A DNA stretch of 64,000 bases, taken from NCBI GenBank assembly GCA_021613535.1, contig CP075494.1, forward strand, positions 9,734,001-9,798,000. The letters are read 5' to 3'. Every line of letters starts with the position of its first letter. Position 1 is the first letter of the stretch. The position numbers were made by a program, and so were the translations under genes. Shown piece after piece: positions 1 through 14,300 of this stretch. The DNA is from Adineta vaga (lineage: Eukaryota > Animalia > Rotifera). The notes under the pieces were generated by a model, which worked only from the letters and a program-made list of their open reading frames with translations, did not search any database and had not been told where the DNA came from.

Positions 1-1963
1 AAAACAGGAACAAAATTCAATTGCACAATCCATTCTATTTCCGATCGTTTTTCTTTTCTATTTGATATAGATCTATCATGATAATGGATGTTATGTCAAA
101 TACATTAAACTAACACATTACAATTGAAAAATATATATCTCTCTCTCTCTAACGTTTTTCATATCTAAACACTAACAGCATTAATTAGATAAAGAAAACA
201 ACTGAGAGCTTTACTTTAAACATCAAACAATCACACAAAATTTAGTCTATTCATTTATTGAATTCAATGCATCACCTAAAAATATCCATATTGATCGTTA
301 TTATTCAAGTGTGTGAAACTCGAATAGACGATAGAAATTTCCTTCCGGGTGTAGATTTCACACACAAATGCACATTTATAATCATATGATTGAAAAACGA
401 AATTTTTTCCTTTCTCAAATAAACAACACATCTGGAGTGGAAAAAGAAAATAACTGGTTATCGTTGTCGATGGTCAATATTGACATGACATATGAATCTA
501 TCTAACAATTTTAATAAACAGGAAATGAACATGATAAAAATGCAAACACTCGATAATGATCATTAGATTTGCGACGGTGTTTATAAATTTCTTTTATTTC
601 ATCTTAAGAAAACTGATCAAGATGATTATGTTTGTCGACGATGAGTTTGAATACAAATGAGTTCAAACGATTGAACTCAGTATGAAATCTCAACACATAT
701 TCCTCTCATTTATAATTACCACTGATCAACTTCAAACAATAGATGTATAAAGATGAACCTGATTAAAATCTTGACATGATTAACAAATAAGAAAAAAAAG
801 GAAAGAATATTTCTCAAACACAAATGTGTTACTTCATCTCTTCTTCTTGTTTATCGTCATCGTCATCTGAAAATTTTCTTTTCTAGTCAAATATTCAATA
901 CATAAAGTTAGAAATTGAATATTATCTATGATAAAACAAGTGAAGCAGAAGGGGGAAAAGAAAATGATAAAATTGACTTTGACCGTTCGATGAACTCTCG
1001 TACATGCATGCATACATACATATACGGTACCGTACGTTGACTAGATCAAACAACATACGAATAGAACGGACATTAACCTTTATTGTAAAAACATAGACAT
1101 TCAAGGGTTTTTTTTCTTCGCGTTCTCTTTCTCACTTATTCACATAATGACATATCTTTTCTCTCATATCATCAATCATAAAAAAAACAATCAATAGATA
1201 GAGATAGACAGACATCATCAATGTCCCTGCATGTTTTATTCAAGCAAGAGAAAAAAAATATAAAAAAAAACTACACGCACATACACATAGATTTGTTTTA
1301 TACCTGAGAGGAGGTTCCTTCGAAATTTTATGTTTTCTTTTTCTCTTGAATAATGCGGAGCATACAAAAAAAAATAATAAAGAAGAAGAATAATAGCAAC
1401 TAATAAAGTGATAGATATGTGTGCAAGATTTTCACATAAATTTTTTTTTGTTTTTCTAAACACACAAACAGGTATTTCATACTAAACACACACCCGAAAA
1501 GAAAAAAAACCAGAGAGAGAGAGAGAAAATCTACGTGCCTAGACTTGTGTTGACAAACAAAAAGAAGAAATGACAGAAAAAAATAAGTTAGGCTCAAAGC
1601 TCACATACATATAGAGATAGATACCTACAACTAAAAAAAACAAACAAGAAAAAAACATGTTTTGAGCAGTTTGACTTCCTGAATAGGGAACACATACAAA
1701 TGACTTAGGACTAGTGGGTCACACACACACACACACAAAACACATGCTCATTCACAATGAGATAGATCTTATAGTATAATAAAGTAAAAGAATAATAAAC
1801 TTTATTTAATTTTTTTTCCGGGTTAATACATATAATGTCCCTGATCAAGATAGCTGTACACGATGACAAAACAAATAAAGGTAAAAAAATACACAGAATA
1901 AATTAAATAACACACACACACTAAGAATTATTCATACCTGAGAGTGCGTATGTATATAGATAT

Positions 1964-3072
1964 TCATGATGTTTTCAATGATAAAAGACTAAAATTTGAC
2001 CAAACTGAATCAAATATTGTATTATTATTATTATCCGTTGATGTTTGTTCATTAATTAAATCAAATGATGAACCAAAATCGAATGATTGATTTATTAATG
2101 AATTATCTTCTAATGGAAAATAAGACGATTGAGAGACCGTACGTAATGGAATATGCTTATTATCATCAATTGTAGTCGTCGTATTATTATTATTGTTATT
2201 ATTATTATTATTATTATTGAACGGAAGTGATAAATGATGAGAAAATTTTGTTTTCATCCATTTTGTATCATCAATATCTTCAACAGGTGATTGATTACCT
2301 GATGATGATGTTTGTCCTGTACGTGCAGCAATATGACTTTCGATTTCAATACGTGCCGCTTCGACATTGTCCGGTAAACCAGCTATTTCAAAGACGGGTT
2401 CTTTATCTCGACCTGGTGTAATAATATATGTATTGGTTGTTTGTTGAATACGTTTTATTGTTGCACCTTTGGGTCCAACAACTAATCCAACAACACGATA
2501 TGGCACACGAACTTGTATCGTTGTTTGTTGACTTGGTAATATTAAATTATTAATATGTAAATTTGTATTACTTCCACTACTTGTACTACTATTCGATGAA
2601 CTACTCGTACTATTTTGTTGTTTACGAGCTAAAAAAGAAAAGAGAAAAGTGAGTTGTATATTGAAAATGAAAAGATAAAATTACCAGCACGGATTTGAGA
2701 GAAATGTTCAGCAGCTGATAGAATTTCTTTTTTAGCGATTTGAACGTCTTCTTTACGACCAGTTATGATAAAATAGGGTTCATCACCTCGAACTGGTGTT
2801 TTTATATACGTATTTGTTTTAGCACGTAAAGCTTTGATTTTACAACCTTGTCGACCAACAATTTCAGCAACATGTTCCGAACTTGGCACCGATACACATT
2901 CAGTCATATTTTGACTTTTTTTACCAAGTGAGTCCGCTGTTTGTTGCTGTTGTTGATATGGAAATTCATTATTATTATTATTATTGTTATTATTATTATT
3001 AAACGATGGAATAAGTAATGATGAACGTTGATAATCGTTAATGAATGGATCAATTATTGCTGCACTCGGCAT
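1964..3072 (-). CDS. MEX3: MEX-3 family KH-domain RNA-binding protein (2 exons: 3072-2685, 2628-1964)
   Basis: KH1 ([40 protein letters not shown]) and KH2 ([22 protein letters not shown]) are diagnostic MEX3 motifs; the 56-nt GT-AG intron 2629-2684 joins them in frame; poly-N/Q tracts. Confidence 0.95.
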
Positions 3073-3533
3073 GATTTGATTTATAAAAAAATAATTTCTC
3101 TATATATCTAGAAAAGAAGAAATAAGAGTATGATAAGTTCAGTTCATGAATGATGAACGGAGAAGAAGAAGAAGAAGAACGACGAACGTAAACGTACCGC
3201 GCCTAGCAATGTCCAGTCGACGACGAAAGCGAGAAATGTGAATGTGATGATTAACGCCTACATGCTCGACCCTTCTATACTATACTGGTAAGAGAGAAAG
3301 AAAGAAAGAAAGAAAAAAAGGAAAAAAAGAAACGAGAAAGAGAGAGTGACGTGTGTATGTATGTGTACAATCTCTCTCTTACACCTGAGTGGTGGATAGA
3401 TGGACTCTTTTCTTTCTTTGTCGATTTTTTTTTCTCAAACCAACAAAAAAAACGACCATGCACACAACTTTTTTTTCCTTCTTTTCGCCTGATGAACTCT
3501 GAACTACTTATTCTCCATCCCCCTCTCTCCCTC

Positions 3534-3547
3534 GCGCGCGCGCGCGC
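3534..3547. repeat. (CG)n dinucleotide run flanked by (CT)n tracts upstream of MEX3
   Basis: gcgcgcgcgcgcgc in an otherwise very AT-rich window; CCAAT about 40 nt away. Confidence 0.6.
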
Positions 3548-4831
3548 TCTCTCTCTGCTATGATTATATTAATAACTCATTCGACCAATGAGAAGAATAT
3601 AAGAAGAAGAAGAAGAAGAAGAAAAAAACGGTCGCTCGCTGGGAATAGGTCTGGCCAGTTCATCGTGCGGCAGTGAAAAGGGAGTAAGGGCATAAGACAA
3701 GAAGAGAAAAAAATCGCCCCATCAGTATGCACAGAACCCTCGAGCTGATGCCTTTATGTCGCGATTCTCTATTCTTTCTCTCTCTCTCTCTGACACGACT
3801 ATACAATAACGACGACAAGCATTTGCAGCAGTAACAGCAACAGCACTAAAAAAGAAAACCAGGCGAATGCAATGCATATGCACGTATATATATATACGCG
3901 ACTAGACAGAAATAGTTCCAGGATGATGATGATAGGGTTACTGCTGATTATGTTCTCATCAAGTATACATATGATGCCATATATATATACAAACGAAAAA
4001 AAAAGGAAAAGACGTGATACTATGCTACACAAAGAATTAATTAGATCGACGAATTGCGCCATTCTTTCCAAGGAGAAATAATCTATACGTAATGACCTTA
4101 GACATTAACAAATACTTTGCCTTGAAATCATCTGTTTCATTGAATTTTGAATTTGAAAAAAAAAACAAGATTCTCGAGGAGAAAAGAAATTTTTGAAAAA
4201 TCAAGTGAGAAAGATATGATTACCAAATATTTGATCAATTGCACGCGGAAGTTTTGTATTACTAATATAGAAAATTTGAAATGGAAAAGATTAGATGTAA
4301 TAATTTTTTTATTGACATAAATCCTCAGAAGTTGATGTTCTCCTTCAATATATTGCTCTCTTGACCTTTCGTTTTTTTGATTAATCTTGCGAAGTTAAAT
4401 TTAAAAATTCTAACAAAAAGAAATATGTTTTACGTTCTTTATGTTGACAAACGTACTATTGAAGGTAAAATCTATAGAGAAATTCGAATCATCGATAGAA
4501 GAGATCAACTGTATTTCGTTGAATTGTAAAATATTTACGAGCCACTTATCAGACTGAATCAGTCAATCTTTCTTTCTACACTCTTGATGATAAGAGTGTC
4601 TTCCGAGTAAGGGAAAATGAAAGAATATGTAATGAATCAATGACAATGTCTTACGTCATATCTAAAATTAAGAAAAAGAAGAATTGTAATTAGTTAGAGT
4701 ATTTTATACACTAAATCAAGATAAGATGATTTTCTGTGACGAAGAGGAAAACATGAAAATTTTGTTCGAAAAATTTCTTTTTTTATTATACAAAGCCATT
4801 AAAGAAAGAACAAAATATGAATAGTTCTGTT

Positions 4832-6501
4832 TTATGAGGCTGATTGTTGCTGATTTAAATCATTTTTTCTCGATGTTGAAACATCCATTAAATTATTCAT
4901 ATCTATTTGTACAGATGAACTCGGAACTTGATGTGTTGGAGGTAATAATGGACTTTGTTGAGTATCATCCAACTCAGGCCATGCATCATTTGTTGAATCT
5001 TTTACCTTCATACGATCATTTAAAGCTTTTAATGCTTTTTGTCTAAAAGAAAATGAATCAATTCATGCATTTTAAGAAGTTAAATATTCTACTTTAAAAC
5101 TAGTAGAGAGCATAAGGAGACAGAAGAACAAATGGGATCGTTTGTCTATGTATAAGTTAATGTAAGTATGTGACAGAATCTCTCTCTAGTGAATTACTAT
5201 CTACAAATGTTTTTATCGATATGACACAAACATTTTTGACTATGTGTGATCGAGAAGATATTCTTGTATTCGAAATGATTTTACATATTTCTAATTTAAT
5301 GTAAAATTATTCAGAATGGTATTGTTTGAAAATCTGTTGCAGTTATTCTCATGAATAATCTAGAAGATATTATGAATTCGAATGATTTAGTTTCCTACTT
5401 CTTATAAACTGATGATAACAGATCAATGTCACGTTCAATCTGACTAATATCTTCTTTGCTTATTTTCTTTTCTCTCAATGTCAAATTACTCGAATTTAAT
5501 AAACAAACCTTCGTCTATCAGCATCAACTGCATCTGCACCCGGAATAGTTATTGTTAAACTTGATGTTGACATCACATTATTTTTCTTTACATACGGTTG
5601 ACATAATCTCAATTTAACAAATATTTCAAAAATTGTATTTGCAAAAACACTAATAACCGGCGCTATCAATGGCGGAAAGAAACTAAAAGAGAATATTGAA
5701 TTTAAATATAAATCTTCCGTTTCGGATGACATGCTTTTTTTTCTCTTTACCTTGCAAATGCAAATGTCGTTGACATATCACCTTTGGTACCATTTTGATG
5801 TGCTTGAAAAAATCTTAAATATGTCCAACTAATAAGAATACCAAAACTAAGCATAATTAGAAAATGAATGGGAACAGCTCGTGCAAGCCAAAGTATCGTT
5901 GAAATAATCACTATTAGTAAGGGTACATGATCTTGTTTAAGTTTGAAAAATGGTGTTGTAGCTAAAACTGTGTCCGGCATAATTTGTTTGATGACTACAG
6001 AATAAGCACCAAGAAATGATGCTAAACCATAGATTGGTCGTTCAAACAAATATTCTTCATTAAATGTTAAACCATAAAATAAGAAATAAGCAAATGTTAC
6101 CACTAATGCATTTGGAATTGTAACAATAAAATAAAATTTTAATAATTCTTTCGTACCCCATAGTGGTTCAATCATTTTTGAATAGAGAAAAACAACTATA
6201 ACATCAATGATTGTATGCCATAGATGTAATTCAATAAAACTGTGGGTAACAAATGTCCTAGTAAGAGAGAAATGAAATGCAAATATGTTGATCGAAAATC
6301 AAGAATAAAAATTTACCAAATCCAAAAATTTGGAGGCATAACACGACCCGGAATGACTGCAAGTATACGAACACATTGAGAACTAAATGAAAGACAGTAT
6401 CCAATAATACAGAAGAGACATATTAATTTGGTTGTAAGGCCCGATGAGAATACGGCCGATTGTAATTGATGACTAATATCATGGACAAATGTTTGTTTCA
6501 T
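4832..6501 (-). CDS. TMEM115: Transmembrane protein 115 (Golgi, DUF1751); exons ~6501-6317, 6257-5751, 5682-5509, 5042-4832
   Basis: PPNFWIWT, IEPLWGTKELLKFY, SWTYLRFFQAHQNGTKGDMS, FFPPLIAP and DADRRRQKALKALNDR motifs match TMEM115; GT-AG introns keep the frame. Confidence 0.9.
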
Positions 6502-7025
6502 GATCTGAATATATAATCAAAGTGTATAAATAGAAAAAGAGAAAAAAAGCATAAAATACTACGTGTACTTTACTTGTTATTTCAATGGAACATAGTATAG
6601 AAACTCAGAAATGATGATTTAGTAATATATTACTCATCGAAATTGTCAATGAACGAATAGTTACTAATTAAAATATATTCTTTAAACAGGGTATTCAATG
6701 GATTGATAGATGACGGAGAAGTGATTCACTGCCTACACAGATGGCAGCATTGTCTTATCAATAGTTTTTTCTTTTCGTACTACGTAGTAATCCGCATCTA
6801 CTTCATATCAGACATATCGTATCTCTTTGAATTAGACATTCGTCAATTCTTGAAAAATGAAAGAATTGAATAAAGAAAAAACATTTTCTTTTTTCTATGA
6901 AATCAAATATAAATAACATAAGGTGAATGTTTTTTTTTTTAATAAACGAAAAATCATTGTTCGAAGAGGACGTATATATATATATAAAAAGCAAATAATC
7001 ATTAGAGAATAGCTGTGAAGAGATG

Positions 7026-10000
7026 TTATTGATTGGATTGATATTTTTTTGCACAATGTGCATGAACTTGAGTACCATCTTGATAAACGACACATGATGT
7101 TTCATAAAATGGTTGAAAACATTGTTTACATCGTCGATGTTCATTAATAAGTGTATTCATACATTTTAATTGATTTAATTTTGTGTGTAATTTTTCATTG
7201 TGAACACGAGTTAGAGCTAGCTCAATCTTACTAGAACGTTGAAGATATGAATAAGTACGTAAAGCACGAAGAATTATTTGAGATAAAGATGCCAGTGACC
7301 AGTGTGATGGTAATTGTTGTAAAACGTCAATAAAATCAAATTCAATTTCAGTATTAGTAAGAAGATGAAGTAAAACTTCAGTAATTTTCTCGGAATTTCT
7401 AGAAGAAGAATAAAAAGAATCGACAAGAAGAAATGATGGGAAGTAGGTATAGGTACTTGTTTAAGGAATTAAGAAGAACTTTAAATAAAATATGAGCAAC
7501 AATTTTTCGATCACCACTGGATTTGCCTTGAGATAGAGCGACACAATAATCTTCGGCATAGTCAAAATCTTGAAGTTCATCAACAAGAATTCGAAAAGCT
7601 TGTTCAAAATTATTCATCTAAAATGAAGAAATCATTTAAAAAGAGAAAGATGTCTCTTGAAAGAAATCTACTTTGCCGTTGAGAAGGGCAACTTCTCGTC
7701 GTAGTCGATTCGTTTGATTAACTCGACTTAAAACCGATTGAACACGATATGAATTAGATGTAATGAGAAATGCTTGGAGTTTTGAACTAAAACATTCGAC
7801 GAAAGTTGCAAGAGAAGAAAAATAACGTCAGAACATACCGTATTTGTTCGTTGGAATCATCGGATTTTGATAAAACTTGATCAAGATAAATGTTAACCAA
7901 CATCGTATGAATTTGATCAGACTAAAAATAGACGAAATGACTAATGTCAGAATTTCATACGATCAAAAAGACTCACCTCAATTTTCAATTTAAATACCAA
8001 ATATTCTAAATAAGATGTTAACGCTGTTGAACGTGCTTTTATAACATTGATAACTCGATCTGTACAGAATGGATCACTATTTGCTTCACTTTGATATTTG
8101 CTAGTAAATATCTGAAAGCATAGTCTTATCGTTTTCTTATTTCACAGAAGATTAATATCTATCTCACCTTTACAGCTAATTCTTCTTCGTGTTGTATTAA
8201 GAACCATTCCGCTGTTGAAAACGCTACTGCTCGATCCATTGTTTTTTCTATCACATATTTAGCAATAACCGATACACCAGGAAATGTCTCATCATAAGAA
8301 TACTCATTCGATACAAGTCTACGCTAAATAGAAAGATCTTTAGATAGTTGAAAAAACTCAACCAAAACTAAGTATGCATTACTTTTTCCAAATATCAATA
8401 GTTTGTTCATGTTTCTCATGTGCTGCAGAGAGTATTGCTGCAGCATGATAACATTTCGCATCGAGAAGAATAGTACAATATTCAGCAGGAATATGAGAAG
8501 AATTTGATTCAAGAAATTCATTAATTGCTTCGTGAGATTTTGTAAGAATATAAGCTTTCAATAAAGCTGGATAATAATCCTACATTATATGTTTAATAAC
8601 TATGACAGAGAAATTTATATTTGTCTCTTACTAATTGACGTGAAAATTCAGTTGATCGTTTTGTTGTATAATCACAAAATGTATTTAGCCATTGAGAATA
8701 TTGATTTTTAAGATTCTCGTCTATCGTTGGCCAAGGTGAATTTAATGGTAGAAAATTAGGGATTTGTGTCATGATCTAAACGTAAACAGCGAAAAATATT
8801 TTTTCTACAAATACAAATGTTTCTTACTTCATGAAAATCAATCTGAATATCATCAAATAAACTTAACGCACGAACAACATTCATAGCACCAAATTCAACA
8901 AACCCAATACGTTTTTTAGTTGAAACAACCAATGGATTTGTTCGACGTTGTTTAATTGATGTACAATTACTTTCAGCTAAGCTTAATGCTTCTTGTAATC
9001 GATAACTATTTAATAATTGATCGATTTGTTCTTCAAGACTGAGTGGTTCAAGTAAATAAATATTGTCTTTATTCGTAATAATGATATTTTTAATATTTTC
9101 TTGTTGCATATTTGTTAATGTTCGACAGTATTTCATTGGAATTTCTTGTTTAAGTTGATCGTCCAAATAACTTCAATAGTAAAAGAAACAGAATTTATTT
9201 CACTGTTTAATATTTTACAAAGACTAATCACTACCTGTAGATGTGAATATAGTCTCGAACGAGAGTGATTAAATAAGGATGAGAATAGATGAAATCTATC
9301 GGCGGATAGACGAACATCATTGGCGCACGTTGACTTATACCTTGAAGAGAAGTAGTCACACCAACATTAGGACCATTAAGTAGATATTGTCCCTAGAAAA
9401 TAGTTCAAGAAGAATACAACACAATCAACTGTAACTATCTAATCAAATGATACTTACGGGAGAAATATTTGTAAAACAAGTTGTTATATTTGTATCATCT
9501 AATTTAAATATACTACTAAATGATCCCGTTGAACGACGATCAGCATTATTAGATGGATTATAAGCAAAATATTCTGTTTCTGTACATGCTAGAATACCAC
9601 GATCATCCATCGTCTACAGAAAAAATAATGAATATTAATTGGAAGACAAATTGTTCAAAAGTAAAACTTACAATTGATATGAATGAATCTTGAACGGATA
9701 TTTCAAAACGTAGATTTATATTCACTTTATCAAGTCGATAGATTTGTATTTTATTTCTCTTCGTTGATACACATATCTGAAACATAAAGAATTTCAATTT
9801 GTTTTTCATTATCTCATTTCTTTCTTTCTTTCTTTCTTTACATCAATATATCCTCCTTGATATTGATCAGATGCTGTTGATATACCAAACGTTGCTACAT
9901 TTTTTAGTTTTATATTTGGAATTAACTATTAATATAAAAAATTCATTTTCTTGAAAATCAAATCAAATTCGTAGTCATACTTGTAAATTATCACTATCAA

Positions 10001-13000
10001 GTATTTGAATAGAATTATCACTCAGTGTAAACAATCGATGTAAAGATACAGTCACAACTTTGATTTTCATGACTGGTTTATGCTATACCAGAAAAAAGAA
10101 CAGATATTATAGATTCATTTTTAGAAAAATCGTCTTACTGTTGCAAGATTTTGACTTGCAATACAAAGACATTCATATCCTTTGATTTGAGGAGATGATT
10201 CATCTGGAATTCGTTCACGTAAACGAAACTTATGAACAGAACTAGAAAAATAAATCAAAATTAAGCTAGTATTGCTATTATCATTATATAACATGTTTCC
10301 TCAAACATTTAGTATGCAATGAACATCATTGTTCCGAAAGAATTTAAGTACGTATGAATTACTTATTCATTCTCGGACAAAGACGGTGTTATTGATTTGT
10401 TATTCAACAAAGTACATGACTATAGAAATGATATATATATATGTCTATGTATTCTTCAAAGGTTAAAAATACATCTCTTATTGAACTAGTCTATTCATCG
10501 TTCTATTACTTGATTAGCTGATGCAGTTGCAACAGGTGTTTCTAATATCCTCTTATAACAGAAGTACCCACTTATCTCAATGCTCGTTTTCTTAACGCAT
10601 TCTTCGTCGATGAGACTATAACAAGCAGGCAAAATGCTTCTCGAGACTAAATGAATATCTATATATATATATATATAGAAACAGAGAGACAGATTATTAC
10701 CATCTTATACAAGAGTGTAATTGTAGTATCGATTAATCATCTCTATGTCTATAAAATGAACTTTTATTTCTTCATGTCTTTAAATAAACATGAACAAGAC
10801 ATCACATCAATAACACTTTCCTAACAAAATAATCGTTTGTATATGAAGTATATCTTTTCATTTGGTTGATTCGAATTGTTGTTTAATATAAGGTAAGATT
10901 CGTATAACGATCGAATAAATAATTAGAACAAAATGCATTCGCGCATGAAATCACCGGATGATGTAGACAGAAAAGTGTTCAAATCAATGATCGATGAATT
11001 ACAAGGAAGAAAAGTAGGAGTATTGTTTGCCAGGTAATCTGCAATTTTGTTGATGAGGAAGTATACCAAAATGAATGTGAAGATTCATAGGATGGAGTAA
11101 CACCACATGCTTCATATTCATTTTTCTTTGCTTGTTTATATTGATGTTTAAGTTGAGATGATAAACATTGAGATTCATCGAATAATGAACGAAAACAATC
11201 ACGTAAACGTGAATAGATATCACAATCAGTATCTAATTGATCGGCATAGGAAGAATCTTGAATACAATTTTCGAATTTAAACTGACATATTTGAGGACGA
11301 AGCGGTTTTAAAGAAGTGAGAATACGAAATAATTGACTGGACGATTGTTGTTGTTGCTGCTGCTGCTGCTCGGTTAGAAGACATATTGATAGCGTCAAAA
11401 TGACGATCGATTCAAAAAAATTCAAAGTTCGATAGATAATCATGAAATAATCAATTAGAATGATAACGATGAACACATTTGTATATACACAGGAAGAAAA
11501 TCGTCATTTATTCTATAGGACACAACATGCCAAGAGAAATAAGATGAGACAATGATGAAGAAAACGAAGACGAGAAGAAATACGATAGAACCTGTTTCTC
11601 TTTCTCTCGTTTTTCTTCTCTTTCTCTTTCTTTGTACTCTGTTCATGTAATAAAGAAGAAAGACAAGGAGAAAAAAAAGAAATGTCCATTCGTCATTCTA
11701 CTCTTATTATCTTTAAGATTTTGCTTGATATTAATTCTTGATTAAGATGAATGAAGGAGTGACCACCAGCGATCGTTATCCTTTAGAAAGCAAACAGGCG
11801 GAGAAATTCCATTAGTTGTCAGCATGAGACAAGATCCATTTGGAAAATATCTTTGCAAGCAAATAGAGCTTCATGCCAGGCCAATTAATCGATCACTATC
11901 GTTTCTTTTCTTCTTCTCCTACTCAAGAGAGCCATTCTCTTACGAAATAGAGTCATTTTTTGTAAAACAATTCAATCGTGTGTCAACGACACATTCATAC
12001 CAATGACTGTCGTTTGATCTTTCCAGTTGTCATGAGTTATTTCCTGTTGTTCAACTTTGATAGTTTATGCATATATATATATATTTATATAAAACTAAGA
12101 AGAATTTTGACTTTAACAAGCAAAATTAAGATTTGCCTGACAACGTTCTGATTACATTTTCTTTTGTGTAGATTCTAATCTGATCGTGAATGACATGAGA
12201 AAATGAGAGTCGGAGAAAAGAAAAACAGTTCTAATCACGGACATCAGGCAATCGTGTGACAGTTCAATTTGTTTCGCTTTCTTTCTTTTCCGCTCTTCTT
12301 CTTTCAAGGATGTTCCAACATCTTCTATTTGCATCATTCTCTATTCACACACACACAAATAAATCAACGTGTAAAAAGCATCTCTTTCTCCTCTCTCTCT
12401 CCCTCTTTTATGGAACTGTCATTGTTTCTAAAGTATTTTTCATAATGTATTCCTCTTATTGAACAAATGAATTGTTTAAATGTATGCATGCGTAAGTGAC
12501 AAAAAAAGTTCAAAAAGACTACAATTAAAAAGAAACTTCTCAAGGTTACACGTGCTTGGATCGATGTACATTCCTTGAATCTTATATAAGAGATCGATTT
12601 TCACCACATGATGATAGTGCTAAATTATTCTATACAGACATGAGATTCTTCATCTAACATTGACATGTCTCATCGTATTCCATGGAAGAAAGAAAAACTT
12701 GATAGGATACCATGCCATAATTTATCTTCATAAGAACACTAGGCAAATTTGGCACAAGTGCTAGCTTATCTTTGAGTTATCTTTCTTATGGCAAAGAGAG
12801 ATCTTTTTTTCCCCCTTCTCTTCGTCTAGATGTTCGACGACAAATGATTAATACGACAAGCAGTAGAGGAAAAAAAAGGAAAAAGCGAATTTGTATTTGG
12901 TACTATAATTCTACAGGGACGAACGATTCATTTTAGTTTTCTTTCATTGGATATGCATGCATGTCGATTAACGAATTCGAAATAGAATCTCTATAGAATT

Positions 13001-13561
13001 CTTTCTAATATCGATTGTTTCAGCAGAAAAAAAAGAGAAGAAATGAAAGACAAGGATAAATATGAACTATGCCAATACTAACACAAGTTAGCAATCTACC
13101 GTCAATAAATCAATTAACTATGATCCGGTGTTTATCTATGAGCACAATCTATATAGAGAATGTGATCCTTATTGTGACCTCGAACTACAATTGAATGACA
13201 CTCATCGCCGTCGGACAAGAAAAGCAAACGACTTGATAGAAACATTTAATGGAATTGACATTCTTTCTGCATGCTTTCATACTTAGATGTTCAACAAGCC
13301 AATAATAATAACTTACCCATCGGTAGTACCAATATATAAATCATTCGTGCGAATAGCAAATGGATTTGTCGAAGGTGTCGAATCATTATTTGTATCGATA
13401 CATTCAATCTAACGAAAGAAAAATAATCTTAAGATTAGTAGAACTTGAAATATATTTTCTTTTAAATAAAATCTTAATCATATAGTTACCTCTCCGATTT
13501 TACCATGCATTTGTTTGTTTCGAGACCATACATTAATTATTGAAAAGACATTTAACGTCAT
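7026..13561 (-). CDS. TGFBRAP1: TGF-beta receptor-associated protein 1 / Vps39-Vps3 family (CORVET subunit), multi-exon with a ~3.07-kb intron 2 (10242-13316)
   Basis: N-terminal CNH-like IECIDT..LYIGTTDG|SVHKF; PLSLEEQIDQLLNSYRLQEALSLAE; AFRILVDELQDFDYAEDYC; C-terminal Vps39_2 CKQC..YQDGTQVHAHC then stop at 7026-7028. Confidence 0.85.
10979..11443 (-). CDS. Small secreted, probably GPI-anchored 6-Cys protein (neuritin/CPG15-like spacing), nested in TGFBRAP1 intron 2
   Basis: Single-exon 154-aa ORF from ATG 11443: signal-like hydrophobic N-terminus, poly-Q, six Cys, Ser-rich spacer, hydrophobic C-terminal tail. Confidence 0.7.
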   Translation of the reverse strand: MIIYRTLNFFESIVILTLSICLLTEQQQQQQQQSSSQLFRILTSLKPLRPQICQFKFENCIQDSSYADQLDTDCDIYSRLRDCFRSLFDESQCLSSQLKHQYKQAKKNEYEACGVTPSYESSHSFWYTSSSTKLQITWQTILLLFFLVIHRSLI

Positions 13562-14292
13562 TTCAATTGTTGATAAATCTAGAAAAGTATTGATTCACTT
13601 TTTCAATTCGAAAAATGACAGAATATAATTACAGATGAATGAGAATCTGCAGAGAATTAATAAGATTAGGAATGATCATATATCAATGAAGAAATTCTAA
13701 TCTGGAACGTATATATTTTAAGTTAGATAGGTTCTACAATAATCCGTCGTTGACAGTCTCAGATATGTGACTCAATTGATTAAATATTAATCGAAATTCA
13801 GAATTTTATAAATAACATGAATTATTTCATGGTTTTTGTCGTCTCATGAGATCAAAAAACCAATCCTTTTATGCTTCAAACAACAAGTAAAACAAGGAAA
13901 TTATTAGGAATCAGTATATAGAATTGAAAATTGATATTTCATATACAGAACTCTTCATAGCATGCCCGGCAAATTTTCAAGATTCATTCTATACGGAAGA
14001 AATATAGAATTTCTTTAACTCATCTCGTTATAACCTATTCCTAAAGGTTTAAAAAAACGAAATTTTACTCATCACAGCTGGTTCATATACCTTTCATTTT
14101 TACATTGGCTATTTTTCTTCCAATGAAAATATTTCATCCAACCTCATTGATCTATCTGCATAGACAATTTATTGTATTTTCCAATTTTGCATTTTATTTA
14201 AATAATTAAGTACGAGAAATCCCTCAAAGATGAAAATCTTTACAAGTACAAATTTTCTACTCGATCAGCATTCATTTTTCAACATTCTCTAT

Positions 14293-14300
14293 TGACGTCA
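14293..14300. promoter_or_regulatory. Palindromic CRE (TGACGTCA) in the divergent TGFBRAP1/vigilin promoter region
   Basis: Perfect CREB/ATF consensus between two head-to-head genes. Confidence 0.4.

Noticed and set aside
6502-6575. Acceptor 3 nt before the TMEM115 ATG as a further operon junction (TGFBRAP1-TMEM115)
   Set aside because: A plausible cis donor (GTAAAG, ~6573) gives a normal 5'-UTR intron, and the 524-nt gap leaves room for a promoter.
12729-12770. TTTGGCAC-containing stretch resembling a miR-96/182-type hairpin
   Set aside because: Pairing is short and heavily bulged; it does not form a pre-miRNA-length stem.
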